From Gordius albopunctatus (taxonomy: Eukaryota), in contig OZ193910.1 of the NCBI GenBank assembly GCA_964276515.1, forward strand, positions 7,564,001 to 7,628,000: a stretch of DNA of 64,000 nucleotides, read 5' to 3'. Positions 48,621 to 63,600 of the stretch are shown here, one piece after another. The notes beneath the pieces were generated by a model. That model had not been told where the DNA came from. It did not search any database and saw nothing but the letters and a program-made list of their open reading frames with translations. Position 1 is the first letter of the stretch. Every line of letters starts with the position of its first letter. The position numbers and the translations under genes were made by a program.

Positions 48621-51600
48621 ATATTCTTAGCATTTTGTCCTTGTTAGAATATTGATAGAAATTTATGCGTGGGGGGATGTTTTAGATTGAGAGAAATTAA
48701 AATTTAGGTGTTGCGTTTATATTTTTTCAATATCGCTTTATAAGCGTGTCTCTAGTTTTAGTGTAACAAGCTCTATGCGATCGTGATTTAGAGTTAATAA
48801 TTTTTGATGACTGATCAAAAAAATGTTTTTCAAGCAATTCACCTCTTATACAGAAAACTTTCATGAGAGCTATATGGTTGAACAAAAAAATTGAAAAAAT
48901 TTTGAGGTCGAAAAAAATATTATTTTTCAAATTCTTTCGAAAGGGAGATGAAAAAATCTTTAAAAGTTAGTAAATATTCTTAGAATTTTGTCCTTGTTAG
49001 AATCTTGATAGGAATTTTTGCGTTGGCGATGTTTGAGATTGAGAGAAATTAAAATTTTCGTGTGGCGTTTAGATTGATTAAACATCGCTTTATAAGCGTG
49101 TCTCTAGTTTTAGTGAAACAAGCTCTATGCGATCGTGATTTAGAGTTAATAATTTTTGATGACTGATCAAAAAAATGTTTTTCAAGCAATTCACCTCTTA
49201 TACAGAAAACTTTCATGAGAGCTATATGGTTGAACAAAAAAATTGAAAAAATTTTGAGGTCGAAAAAAATATTATTTTTCAAATTCTTTCGAAAGGGAGA
49301 TGAAAAAATCTTTAAAAGTTAGTAAATATTCTTAGAATTTTGTCCTTGTTAGAATCTTGATAGGAATTTTTGCGTTGGCGATGTTTAAGATTGAGAGAAA
49401 TTAAAATTTTCGTGTGGCGTTTAGATTGATTAAACATCGCTTTATAAGCGTGTCTCTAGTTTTAGTGAAACAAGCTCTATGCGATCGTGATTTAGAGTTA
49501 ATAATTTTTGATGACTGATCAAAAAAATGTTTTTCAAGGAATTCATCTCTTATACGGAAAACTTTAATGAGAGCTATATGGTTGAACAAAAAAATTGAAA
49601 AAATTTTGAGGTCGAAAAAAATATTTTTTTTCATATTCTTTCGTAAGGGAGATGAAAAAATCTTTAAAAGTTATTAAATATTCTTAGCATTTTGTCCTTG
49701 TTAGAATCTTGATAGGAATTTTTGCGTTGGCGATGTTTGAGATTGAGAGAAATTAAAATTTTCGTGTGGCGTTTAGATTGATTAAACATCGCTTTATAAG
49801 CGTGTCTCTAGTTTTAGTGAAACAAGCTCTATGCGATCGTGATTTAGAGTTAATAATTTTTGATGACTGATCAAAAAAATGTTTTTCAAGGAATTCATCT
49901 CTTATACGGAAAACTTTAATGAGAGCTATATGGTTGAACAAAAAAATTGAAAAAATTTTGAGGTCGAAAAAAATATTTTTTTTCATATTCTTTCGTAAGG
50001 GAGATGAAAAAATCTTTAAAAGTTATTAAATATTCTTAGCATTTTGTCCTTGTTAGAATCTTGATAGGAATTTTTGCGTTGGCGATGTTTGAGATTGAGA
50101 GAAATTAAAATTTTCGTGTGGCGTTTAGATTGATTAAAAATCGCTTTATAAGCGTGTCTCTAGTTTTAGTGAAACAAGCTCTATGCGATCGTGATTTAGA
50201 GTTAATAATTTTTGATGACTGATCAAAAAAATGTTTTTCAAGGAATTCATCTCTTATACGGAAAACTTTCATGAGAGCTATATGGTTGAACAAAAAAAAT
50301 TAAAACAATTTCGAGGTCGAAAAAAATATTATTTTTCATATTCTTTCGAAAGGGAGATGAAAAAATCTTTAAAAGTTAGTAAATATTCTTAGAATTTTGT
50401 CCTTGTTAGAATCTTGATAGGAATTTTTGCGTTGGCGATGTTTGAGATTGAGAGAAATTAAAATTTTCGTGTGGCGTTTAGATTGATTAAAAATCGCTTT
50501 ATAAGCGTGTCTCTAGTTTTAGTGAAACAAGCTCTATGCGATCGTGATTTAGAGTTAATAATTTTTGATGACTGATCAAAAAAATGTTTTTCAAGGAATT
50601 CATCTCTTATACGGAAAACTTTAATGAGAGCTATATGGTTGAACAAAAAAATTGAAAAAATTTTGAGGTCGAAAAAAATATTTTTTTTCATATTCTTCCG
50701 TAAGGGAGATGAAAAAATCTTTAAAAGTTATTAAATATTCTTAGCATTTTGTCCTTGTTAGAATCTTGATAGGAATTTTTGCGTTGGCGATGTTTGAGAT
50801 TGAGAGAAATTAAAATTTTCGTGTGGCGTTTAGATTGATTAAAAATCGCTTTATAAGCGTGTCTCTAGTTTTAGTGAAACAAGCTCTATGCGATCGTGAT
50901 TTAGAGTTAATAATTTTTGATGACTGATCAAAAAAATGTTTTTCAAGGAATTCATCTCTTATACGGAAAACTTTCATGAGAGCTATATGGTTGAACAAAA
51001 AAAATTAAAACAATTTCGAGGTCGAAAAAAATATTATTTTTCATATTCTTTCGAAAGGGAGATGAAAAAATCTTTAAAAGTTAGTAAATATTCTTAGCAT
51101 TTTGTCCTTGTTAGAATATTGATAGAAATTTATGCGTGGGGGGATGTTTTAGATTGAGAGAAATTAAAATTTAGGTGTTGCGTTTATATTTTTTCAATAT
51201 CGCTTTATAAGCGTGTCTCTAGTTTTAGTGTAACAAGCTCTATGCGATCGTGATTTAGAGTTAATAATTTTTGATGACTGATCAAAAAAATGTTTTTCAA
51301 GCAATTCACCTCTTATACAGAAAACTTTCATGAGAGCTATATGGTTGAACAAAAAAATTGAAAAAATTTTGAGGTCGAAAAAAATATTATTTTTCAAATT
51401 CTTTCGAAAGGGAGATGAAAAAATCTTTAAAAGTTAGTAAATATTCTTAGAATTTTGTCCTTGTTAGAATCTTGATAGGAATTTTTGCGTTGGCGATGTT
51501 TAAGATTGAGAGAAATTAAAATTTTCGTGTGGCGTTTAGATTGATTAAACATCGCTTTATAAGCGTGTCTCTAGTTTTAGTTAAACAAGCTCTATGCGAT

Positions 51601-54600
51601 CGTGATTTAGAGTTAATAATTTTTGATGACTGATCAAAAAAATGTTTTTCAAGGAATTCATCTCTTATACGGAAAACTTTAATGAGAGCTATATGGTTGA
51701 ACAAAAAAATTGAAAAAATTTTGAGGTCGAAAAAAATATTATTTTTCAAATTCTTTCGAAAGGGAGATGAAAAAATCTTTAAAAGTTAGTAAATATTCTT
51801 AGAATTTTGTCCTTGTTAGAATCTTGATAGGAATTTTTGCGTTGGCGATGTTTGAGATTGAGAGAAATTAAAATTTTCGTGTGGCGTTTACATTGATTAA
51901 ACATCGCTTTATAAGCGTGTCTCTAGTTTTAGTGAAACAAGCTCTATGCGATCGTGATTTAGAGTTAATAATTTTTGATGACTGATCAAAAAAATGTTTT
52001 TCAAGGAATTCATCTCTTATACCGAAAACTTTCATGAGAACTATATGGTTGAACAAAAAAATTAAAACAATTTTGAGGTCGAAAAAAATATTATTTTTCA
52101 TATTCTTTCGAAAGGGAGATGAAAAAATCTTTAAAAGTTAGTAAATATTCTTAGCATTTTGTCCTTTCTTGATAGGAATTTTTGCGTGGGGGATGTTTGA
52201 GATTGAGAGAAATTAAAATTTTCGTGTTGCGTTTAGATTGATTCAATATCGCTTTATAAGCGTGTCTCTAGTTTTAGTGAAACAAGCTCTATGCGATCGT
52301 GATTTACAGTTAATAATTTTTGATGACTGATCAAAAAAATGTTTTTCAAGGAATTCACCTCTTATACCGAAAACTTTCATGAGAGCTATATGGTTGAACA
52401 AAAAAAATTGAAAAAATTTTGAGGTCGAAAAAAATATTATTTTGCAAATTCTTTCGAAAGGGAGATGAAAAAATCTTTAAAAGTTATTAAATATTCTTAG
52501 CATTTTGTCCTTGTTAGAATCTTGATAGGAATTTTTGCGTGGGGGGATGTTTGAGATTGAGAGAAATTAAAATTTTCGTGTTGCGTTTAGATTGATTCAA
52601 TTTCGCTTTATAAGCGTGTCTCTAGTTTTAGTGAAACAAGCTCTATGCGATCGTGATTTAGAGTTAATAATTTTTGATGACTGATCAAAAAAATGTTTTT
52701 CAAGGAATTCACCTCTTATACCGAAAACTTTCATGAGAGCTTAATGGTTGAACAAAAAAAATTAAAACAATTTTGAGGTCGAAAAAAATATTATTTTTCA
52801 TATTCTTTCGAAAAGGAGATGAAAAAAGAATTTTTGCGTGGGGGATGTTTGAGATTGAGAGAAATTAAAATTTTCGTGTTGCGTTTAGATTGTTTCAATA
52901 TCGCTTTATAAGCGTGTCTCTAGTTTTAGTGAAACAAGCTCTATGCGATCGTGATTTAGAGTTAATAATTTTTGATGACTGATCAAAAAAATGTTTTTCA
53001 AGCAATTCACCTCTTATACAGAAAACTTTCATGAGAGCTATATGGTTGAACAAAAAAATTGAAAAAATTTTGAGGTCGAAAAAAATATTATTTTTCAAAT
53101 TCTTTCGAAAGGGAGATGAAAAAATCTTTAAAAGTTAGTAAATATTCTTAGCATTTTGTCCTTGTTAGAATCTTGATAGGAATTTATGCGTGGGGGGATG
53201 TTTTAGATTGAGAGAAATTAAAATTTAGGTGTTGCGTTTAGATTGATTCAATATCGCTTTATAAGCGTGTCTCTAGTTTTAGTGAAACAAGCTCTATGCG
53301 ATCGTGATTTAGAGTTAATAATTTTTGACGACTGATCAAAAAAATGTTTTTCAAGGAATTCATCTCTTATACCGAAAACTTTCATGAGAACTATATGGTT
53401 GAACAAAAAAATTAAAACAATTTTGAGGTCGAAAAAAATATTATTTTTCATATTCTTTCGAAAGGGAGATGAAAAAATCTTTAAAAGTTAGTAAATATTC
53501 TTAGCATTTTGTCCTTTCTTGATAGGAATTTTTGCGTGGGGGATGTTTGAGATTGAGAGAAATTAAAATTTTCGTGTTGCGTTTAGATTGATTCAATATC
53601 GCTTTATAAGCGTGTCTCTAGTTTTAGTGAAACAAGCTCTATGCGATGGTGATTCAGAGTTAATAATTTTTGATGACTGATCAAAAAAATGTTTTTCAAG
53701 GAATTCACCTCTTATACCGAAAACTTTCATGAGAACTATATGGTTGAACAAAAAAATTGAAAAAATTTTGAGGTCGAAAAAAATATTATTTTTCATATTT
53801 TTTCGAAAGGGAGATGAAAAAATCTTTAAAAGTTAGTAAATATTCTTAGCATTTTGTCCTTGTTAGAATATTGATAGAAATTTATGCGTGGGGGGATGTT
53901 TTAGATTGAGAGAAATTAAAATTTTCGTGTGGCGTTTAGATTGATTAAAAATCGCTTTATAAGCGTGTCTCTAGTTTTAGTGAAACAAGCTCTATGCGAT
54001 CGTGATTTAGAGTTAATAATTTTTGATGACTGATCAAAAAAATGTTTTTCAAGGAATTCATCTCTTATACGGAAAACTTTCATGAGAGCTATATGGTTGA
54101 ACAAAAAAAATTAAAACAATTTCGAGGTCGAAAAAAATATTATTTTTCATATTCTTTCGAAAGGGAGATGAAAAAATCTTTAAAAGTTAGTAAATATTCT
54201 TAGCATTTTGTCCTTGTTAGAATATTGATAGAAATTTATGCGTGGGGGGATGTTTTAGATTGAGAGAAATTAAAATTTAGGTGTTGCGTTTATATTTTTT
54301 CAATATCGCTTTATAAGCGTGTCTCTAGTTTTAGTGTAACAAGCTCTATGCGATCGTGATTTAGAGTTAATAATTTTTGATGACTGATCAAAAAAATGTT
54401 TTTCAAGCAATTCACCTCTTATACAGAAAACTTTCATGAGAGCTATATGGTTGAACAAAAAAATTGAAAAAATTTTGAGGTCGAAAAAAATATTATTTTT
54501 CAAATTCTTTCGAAAGGGAGATGAAAAAATCTTTAAAAGTTATTAAATATTCTTAGCATTTTGTCCTTGTTAGAATCTTGATAGGAATTTTTGCGTTGGC

Positions 54601-57600
54601 GATGTTTGAGATTGAGAGAAATTAAAATTTTCGTGTGGCGTTTAGATTGATTAAAAATCGCTTTATAAGCGTGTCTCTAGTTTTAGTGAAACAAGCTCTA
54701 TGCGATCGTGATTTAGAGTTAATAATTTTTGATGACTGATCAAAAAAATGTTTTTCAAGGAATTCATCTCTTATACGGAAAACTTTCATGAGAGCTATAT
54801 GGTTGAACAAAAAAAATTAAAACAATTTCGAGGTCGAAAAAAATATTATTTTTCATATTCTTTCGTAAGGGAGATGAAAAAATCTTTAAAAGTTATTAAA
54901 TATTCTTAGCATTTTGTCCTTGTTAGAATCTTGATAGGAATTTTTGCGTTGGCGATGTTTGAGATTGAGAGAAATTAAAATTTTCGTGTGGCGTTTAGAT
55001 TGATTAAAAATCGCTTTATAAGCGTGTCTCTAGTTTTAGTGAAACAAGCTCTATGCGATCGTGATTTAGAGTTAATAATTTTTGATGACTGATCAAAAAA
55101 ATGTTTTTCAAGGAATTCATCTCTTATACGGAAAACTTTCATGAGAGCTATATGGTTGAACAAAAAAAATTAAAACAATTTCGAGGTCGAAAAAAATATT
55201 ATTTTTCATATTCTTTCGAAAGGGAGATGAAAAAATCTTTAAAGGTTAGTAAATATTCTTAGCATTTTGTCCTTGTTAGAATATTGATAGAAATTTATGC
55301 GTGGGGGGATGTTTTAGATTGAGAGAAATTAAAATTTAGGTGTTGCGTTTATATTTTTTCAATATCGCTTTATAAGCGTGTCTCTAGTTTTAGTGTAACA
55401 AGCTCTATGCGATCGTGATTTAGAGTTAATAATTTTTGATGACTGATCAAAAAAATGTTTTTCAAGCAATTCACCTCTTATACAGAAAACTTTCATGAGA
55501 GCTATATGGTTGAACAAAAAAATTGAAAAAATTTTGAGGTCGAAAAAAATATTATTTTTCAAATTCTTTCGAAAGGGAGATGAAAAAATCTTTAAAAGTT
55601 AGTAAATATTCTTAGAATTTTGTCCTTGTTAGAATCTTGATAGGAATTTTTGCGTTGGCGATGTTTGAGATTGAGAGAAATTAAAATTTTCGTGTGGCGT
55701 TTAGATTGATTAAACATCGCTTTATAAGCGTGTCTCTAGTTTTAGTGAAACAAGCTCTATGCGATCGTGATTTAGAGTTAATAATTTTTGATGACTGATC
55801 AAAAAAATGTTTTTCAAGGAATTCATCTCTTATACGGAAAACTTTAATGAGAGCTATATGGTTGAACAAAAAAATTGAAAAAATTTTGAGGTCGAAAAAA
55901 ATATTTTTTTTCATATTCTTTCGTAAGGGAGATGAAAAAATATTTAAAAGTTATTAAATATTCTTAGCATTTTGTCCTTGTTAGAATCTTGATAGGAATT
56001 TTTGCGTTGGCGATGTTTGAGATTGAGAGAAATTAAAATTTTCGTGTGGCGTTTAGATTGATTAAAAATCGCTTTATAAGCGTGTCTCTAGTTTTAGTGA
56101 AACAAGCTCTATGCGATCGTGATTTAGAGTTAATAATTTTTGATGACTGATCAAAAAAATGTTTTTCAAGGAATTCATCTCTTATACGGAAAACTTTCAT
56201 GAGAGCTATATGGTTGAACAAAAAAAATTAAAACAATTTCGAGGTCGAAAAAAATATTATTTTTCATATTCTTTCGAAAGGGAGATGAAAAAATCTTTAA
56301 AAGTTAGTAAATATTCTTAGAATTTTGTCCTTGTTAGAATCTTGATAGGAATTTTTGCGTTGGCGATGTTTGAGATTGAGAGAAATTAAAATTTTCGTGT
56401 GGCGTTTAGATTGATTAAAAATCGCTTTATAAGCGTGTCTCTAGTTTTAGTGAAACAAGCTCTATGCGATCGTGATTTAGAGTTAATAATTTTTGATGAC
56501 TGATCAAAAAAATGTTTTTCAAGGAATTCATCTCTTATACGGAAAACTTTAATGAGAGCTATATGGTTGAACAAAAAAATTGAAAAAATTTTGAGGTCGA
56601 AAAAAATATTATTTTTCAAATTCTTTCGAAAGGGAGATGAAAAAATCTTTAAAAGTTATTAAATATTCTTAGCATTTTGTCCTTGTTAGAATATTGATAG
56701 AAATTTATGCGTGGGGGGATGTTTTAGATTGAGAGAAATTAAAATTTAGGTGTTGCGTTTATATTGTTTCAATATCGCTTTATAAGCGTGTCTCTAGTTT
56801 TAGTGTAAAAAGCTCTATGCGATCGTGATTTAGAGTTAATAATTTTTGATGACTGATCAAAAAAATGTTTTTCAAGCAATTCACCTCTTATACCGAAAAC
56901 TTTCATGAGAGCTATATGGTTGAACAAAAAAATTGAAAAAATTTTGAGGTCGAAAAAAATATTATTTTTCAAATTCTTTCGAAAGGGAGATGAAAAAATC
57001 TTTAAAAGTTAGTAAATATTCTCAGAATTTTGTCCTTGTTAGAATCTTGATAGAAATTTAGGCGTGGGGGGATGTTTTAGATTGAGAGAAATTAAAATTT
57101 AGGTGTTGCGTTTATATTGTTTCAATATCGCTTTATAAGCGTGTCTCTAGTTTTAGTGAAACAAGCTCTATGCGATCGTGATTTAGAGTTAATAATTTTT
57201 GATGACTGATCAAAAAAATGTTTTTCAAGGAATTCACCTCTTATACCGAAAACTTTCATGAGAACTATATGGTTGAACAAAAAAATTAAAACAATTTTGA
57301 GGTCGAAAAAAATATTATTTTTCATATTCTTTCGAAAGGGAGATGAAAAAATCTTTAAAAGTTAGTAAATATTCTTAGCATTTTGTCCTTTCTTGATAGG
57401 AATTTTTGCGTGGGGGGATGTTTTAGATTGAGAGAAATTAAAATTTAGGTGTTGCGTTTATATTGTTTCAATATCGCTTTATAAGCGTGTCTCTAGTTTT
57501 AGTGTAAAAAGCTCTATGCGATCGTGATTTAGAGTTAATAATTTTTGATGACTGATCAAAAAAATGTTTTTCAAGCAATTCACCTCTTATACCGAAAACT

Positions 57601-60600
57601 TTCATGAGAGCTATATGGTTAAACAAAAAAATTGAAAAAATTTTGAGGTCGAAAAAAATATTATTTTTCAAATTCTTTCGAAAGGGAGATGAAAAAATCT
57701 TTAAAAGTTAGTAAATATTCTTAGAATTTTGTCCTTGTTAGAATCTTGATAGAAATTTAGGCGTGGGGGGATGTTTTAGATATAGAGAAATTAAAATTTA
57801 GGTGTTGCGTTTATATTGTTTCAATATCGCTTTATAAGCGTGTCTCTAGTTTTAGTGAAACAAGCTCTATGCGATCGTGATTTAGAGTTAATAATTTTTG
57901 ATGACTGATCAAAAAAATGTTTTTCAAGGAATTCACCTCTTATACCGAAAACTTTCATGAGAACTATATGGTTGAACAAAAAAATTAAAACAATTTTGAG
58001 GTCGAAAAAAATATTATTTTTCATATTCTTTCGAAAGGGAGATGAAAAAATCTTTAAAAGTTAGTAAATATTCTTAGCATTTTGTCCTTTCTTGATAGGA
58101 ATTTTTGCGTGGGGGATGTTTGAGATTGAGAGAAATTAAAATTTTCGTGTTGCGTTTAGATTGATTCAATATCGCTTTATAAGCGTGTCTCTAGTTTTAG
58201 TGAAACAAGCTCTATGCGATCGTGATTTACAGTTAATAATTTTTGATGACTGATCAAAAAAATGTTTTTCAAGGAATTCACCTCTTATACCGAAAACTTT
58301 CATGAGAGCTATATGGTTGAACAAAAAAAATTGAAAAAATTTTGAGGTCGAAAAAAATATTATTTTTCAAATTCTTTCGAAAGGGAGATGAAAAAATCTT
58401 TAAAAGTTAGTAAATATTCTTAGAATTTTGTCCTTGTTAGAATATTGATAGAAATTTAGGCGTGGGGGGATGTTTTAGATTGAGAGAAATTAAAATTTAG
58501 GTGTTGCGTTTATATTGTTTCAATATCGCTTTATAAGCGTGTCTCTAGTTTTAGTGAAACAAGCTCTATGCGATCGTGATTTACAGTTAATAATTTTTGA
58601 TGACTGATCAAAAAAATGTTTTTCAAGGAATTCACCTCTTATACCGAAAACTTTCATGAGAACTATATGGTTGAACAAAAAAATTAAAACAATTTTGAGG
58701 TCGAAAAAAATATTATTTTTCATATTCTTTCGAAAGGGAGATGAAAAAATCTTTAAAAGTTAGTAAATATTCTTAGCATTTTGTCCTTTCTTGATAGGAA
58801 TTTTTGCGTGGGGGATGTTTGAGATTGAGAGAAATTAAAATTTTCGTGTTGCGTTTAGATTGATTCAATATCGCTTTATAAGCGTGTCTCTAGTTTTAGT
58901 GAAACAAGCTCTATGCGATCGTGATTTACAGTTAATAATTTTTGATGACTGATCAAAAAAATGTTTTTCAAGGAATTCACCTCTTATACCGAAAACTTTC
59001 ATGAGAGCTATATGGTTGAACAAAAAAAATTAAAACAATTTTGAGGTCGAAAAAAATATTATTTTTCATATTCTTTCGAAAGGGAGATGAAAAAATCTTT
59101 AAAAGTTATTAAATATTCTTAGCATTTTGTCCTTGTTAGAATCTTGATAGGAATTTTTGCGTGGGGGGATGTTTGAGATTGAGAGAAATTAAAATTTTCG
59201 TGTTGCGTTTAGATTGATTCAATTTCGCTTTATAAGCGTGTCTCTAGTTTTAGTGAAACAAGCTCTATGCGATCGTGATTTAGAGTTAATAATTTTTGAT
59301 GACTGATCAAAAAAATGTTTTTCAAGGAATTCACCTCTTATACCGAAAACTTTCATGAGAGCTTAATGGTTGAACAAAAAAAATTAAAACAATTTTGAGG
59401 TCGAAAAAAATATTATTTTTCATATTCTTTCGAAAAGGAGATGAAAAAAGAATTTTTGCGTGGGGGATGTTTGAGATTGAGAGAAATTAAAATTTTCGTG
59501 TTGCGTTTAGATTGTTTCAATATCGCTTTATAAGCGTGTCTCTAGTTTTAGTGAAACAAGCTCTATGCGATCGTGATTTAGAGTTAATAATTTTTGATGA
59601 CTGATCAAAAAAATGTTTTTCAAGCAATTCACCTCTTATACAGAAAACTTTCATGAGAGCTATATGGTTGAACAAAAAAATTGAAAAAATTTTGAGGTCG
59701 AAAAAAATATTATTTTTCAAATTCTTTCGAAAGGGAGATGAAAAAATCTTTAAAAGTTAGTAAATATTCTTAGCATTTTGTCCTTGTTAGAATCTTGATA
59801 GGAATTTATGCGTGGGGGGATGTTTTAGATTGAGAGAAATTAAAATTTAGGTGTTGCGTTTAGATTGATTCAATATCGCTTTATAAGCGTGTCTCTAGTT
59901 TTAGTGAAACAAGCTCTATGCGATCGTGATTTAGAGTTAATAATTTTTGACGACTGATCAAAAAAATGTTTTTCAAGGAATTCATCTCTTATACCGAAAA
60001 CTTTCATGAGAACTATATGGTTGAACAAAAAAATTAAAACAATTTTGAGGTCGAAAAAAATATTATTTTTCATATTCTTTCGAAAGGGAGATGAAAAAAT
60101 CTTTAAAAGTTAGTAAATATTCTTAGCATTTTGTCCTTTCTTGATAGGAATTTTTGCGTGGGGGATGTTTGAGATTGAGAGAAATTAAAATTTTCGTGTT
60201 GCGTTTAGATTGATTCAATATCGCTTTATAAGCGTGTCTCTAGTTTTAGTGAAACAAGCTCTATGCGATGGTGATTCAGAGTTAATAATTTTTGATGACT
60301 GATCAAAAAAATGTTTTTCAAGGAATTCACCTCTTATACCGAAAACTTTCATGAGAACTATATGGTTGAACAAAAAAATTGAAAAAATTTTGAGGTCGAA
60401 AAAAATATTATTTTTCATATTTTTTCGAAAGGGAGATGAAAAAATCTTTAAAAGTTAGTAAATATTCTTAGCATTTTGTCCTTGTTAGAATATTGATAGA
60501 AATTTATGCGTGGGGGGATGTTTTAGATTGAGAGAAATTAAAATTTTCGTGTGGCGTTTAGATTGATTAAAAATCGCTTTATAAGCGTGTCTCTAGTTTT

Positions 60601-63600
60601 AGTGAAACAAGCTCTATGCGATCGTGATTTAGAGTTAATAATTTTTGATGACTGATCAAAAAAATGTTTTTCAAGGAATTCATCTCTTATACGGAAAACT
60701 TTCATGAGAGCTATATGGTTGAACAAAAAAAATTAAAACAATTTCGAGGTCGAAAAAAATATTATTTTTCATATTCTTTCGAAAGGGAGATGAAAAAATC
60801 TTTAAAAGTTAGTAAATATTCTTAGCATTTTGTCCTTGTTAGAATATTGATAGAAATTTATGCGTGGGGGGATGTTTTAGATTGAGAGAAATTAAAATTT
60901 AGGTGTTGCGTTTATATTTTTTCAATATCGCTTTATAAGCGTGTCTCTAGTTTTAGTGTAACAAGCTCTATGCGATCGTGATTTAGAGTTAATAATTTTT
61001 GATGACTGATCAAAAAAATGTTTTTCAAGCAATTCACCTCTTATACAGAAAACTTTCATGAGAGCTATATGGTTGAACAAAAAAATTGAAAAAATTTTGA
61101 GGTCGAAAAAAATATTATTTTTCAAATTCTTTCGAAAGGGAGATGAAAAAATCTTTAAAAGTTATTAAATATTCTTAGCATTTTGTCCTTGTTAGAATCT
61201 TGATAGGAATTTTTGCGTTGGCGATGTTTGAGATTGAGAGAAATTAAAATTTTCGTGTGGCGTTTAGATTGATTAAAAATCGCTTTATAAGCGTGTCTCT
61301 AGTTTTAGTGAAACAAGCTCTATGCGATCGTGATTTAGAGTTAATAATTTTTGATGACTGATCAAAAAAATGTTTTTCAAGGAATTCATCTCTTATACGG
61401 AAAACTTTCATGAGAGCTATATGGTTGAACAAAAAAAATTAAAACAATTTCGAGGTCGAAAAAAATATTATTTTTCATATTCTTTCGTAAGGGAGATGAA
61501 AAAATCTTTAAAAGTTATTAAATATTCTTAGCATTTTGTCCTTGTTAGAATCTTGATAGGAATTTTTGCGTTGGCGATGTTTGAGATTGAGAGAAATTAA
61601 AATTTTCGTGTGGCGTTTAGATTGATTAAAAATCGCTTTATAAGCGTGTCTCTAGTTTTAGTGAAACAAGCTCTATGCGATCGTGATTTAGAGTTAATAA
61701 TTTTTGATGACTGATCAAAAAAATGTTTTTCAAGGAATTCATCTCTTATACGGAAAACTTTAATGAGAGCTATATGGTTGAACAAAAAAATTGAAAAAAT
61801 TTTGAGGTCGAAAAAAATATTATTTTTCAAATTCTTTCGAAAGGGAGATGAAAAAATCTTTAAAAGTTATTAAATATTCTTAGCATTTTGTCCTTGTTAG
61901 AATATTGATAGAAATTTATGCGTGGGGGGATGTTTTAGATTGAGAGAAATTAAAATTTAGGTGTTGCGTTTATATTGTTTCAATATCGCTTTATAAGCGT
62001 GTCTCTAGTTTTAGTGTAAAAAGCTCTATGCGATCGTGATTTAGAGTTAATAATTTTTGATGACTGATCAAAAAAATGTTTTTCAAGCAATTCACCTCTT
62101 ATACCGAAAACTTTCATGAGAGCTATATGGTTGAACAAAAAAATTGAAAAAATTTTGAGGTCGAAAAAAATATTATTTTTCAAATTCTTTCGAAAGGGAG
62201 ATGAAAAAATCTTTAAAAGTTAGTAAATATTCTCAGAATTTTGTCCTTGTTAGAATCTTGATAGAAATTTAGGCGTGGGGGGATGTTTTAGATTGAGAGA
62301 AATTAAAATTTAGGTGTTGCGTTTATATTGTTTCAATATCGCTTTATAAGCGTGTCTCTAGTTTTAGTGAAACAAGCTCTATGCGATCGTGATTTAGAGT
62401 TAATAATTTTTGATGACTGATCAAAAAAATGTTTTTCAAGGAATTCACCTCTTATACCGAAAACTTTCATGAGAACTATATGGTTGAACAAAAAAATTAA
62501 AACAATTTTGAGGTCGAAAAAAATATTATTTTTCATATTCTTTCGAAAGGGAGATGAAAAAATCTTTAAAAGTTAGTAAATATTCTTAGCATTTTGTCCT
62601 TTCTTGATAGGAATTTTTGCGTGGGGGGATGTTTTAGATTGAGAGAAATTAAAATTTAGGTGTTGCGTTTATATTGTTTCAATATCGCTTTATAAGCGTG
62701 TCTCTAGTTTTAGTGTAAAAAGCTCTATGCGATCGTGATTTAGAGTTAATAATTTTTGATGACTGATCAAAAAAATGTTTTTCAAGCAATTCACCTCTTA
62801 TACCGAAAACTTTCATGAGAGCTATATGGTTAAACAAAAAAATTGAAAAAATTTTGAGGTCGAAAAAAATATTATTTTTCAAATTCTTTCGAAAGGGAGA
62901 TGAAAAAATCTTTAAAAGTTAGTAAATATTCTTAGAATTTTGTCCTTGTTAGAATCTTGATAGAAATTTAGGCGTGGGGGGATGTTTTAGATATAGAGAA
63001 ATTAAAATTTAGGTGTTGCGTTTATATTGTTTCAATATCGCTTTATAAGCGTGTCTCTAGTTTTAGTGAAACAAGCTCTATGCGATCGTGATTTAGAGTT
63101 AATAATTTTTGATGACTGATCAAAAAAATGTTTTTCAAGGAATTCACCTCTTATACCGAAAACTTTCATGAGAACTATATGGTTGAACAAAAAAATTAAA
63201 ACAATTTTGAGGTCGAAAAAAATATTATTTTTCATATTCTTTCGAAAGGGAGATGAAAAAATCTTTAAAAGTTAGTAAATATTCTTAGCATTTTGTCCTT
63301 TCTTGATAGGAATTTTTGCGTGGGGGATGTTTGAGATTGAGAGAAATTAAAATTTTCGTGTTGCGTTTAGATTGATTCAATATCGCTTTATAAGCGTGTC
63401 TCTAGTTTTAGTGAAACAAGCTCTATGCGATCGTGATTTACAGTTAATAATTTTTGATGACTGATCAAAAAAATGTTTTTCAAGGAATTCACCTCTTATA
63501 CCGAAAACTTTCATGAGAGCTATATGGTTGAACAAAAAAAATTGAAAAAATTTTGAGGTCGAAAAAAATATTATTTTTCAAATTCTTTCGAAAGGGAGAT

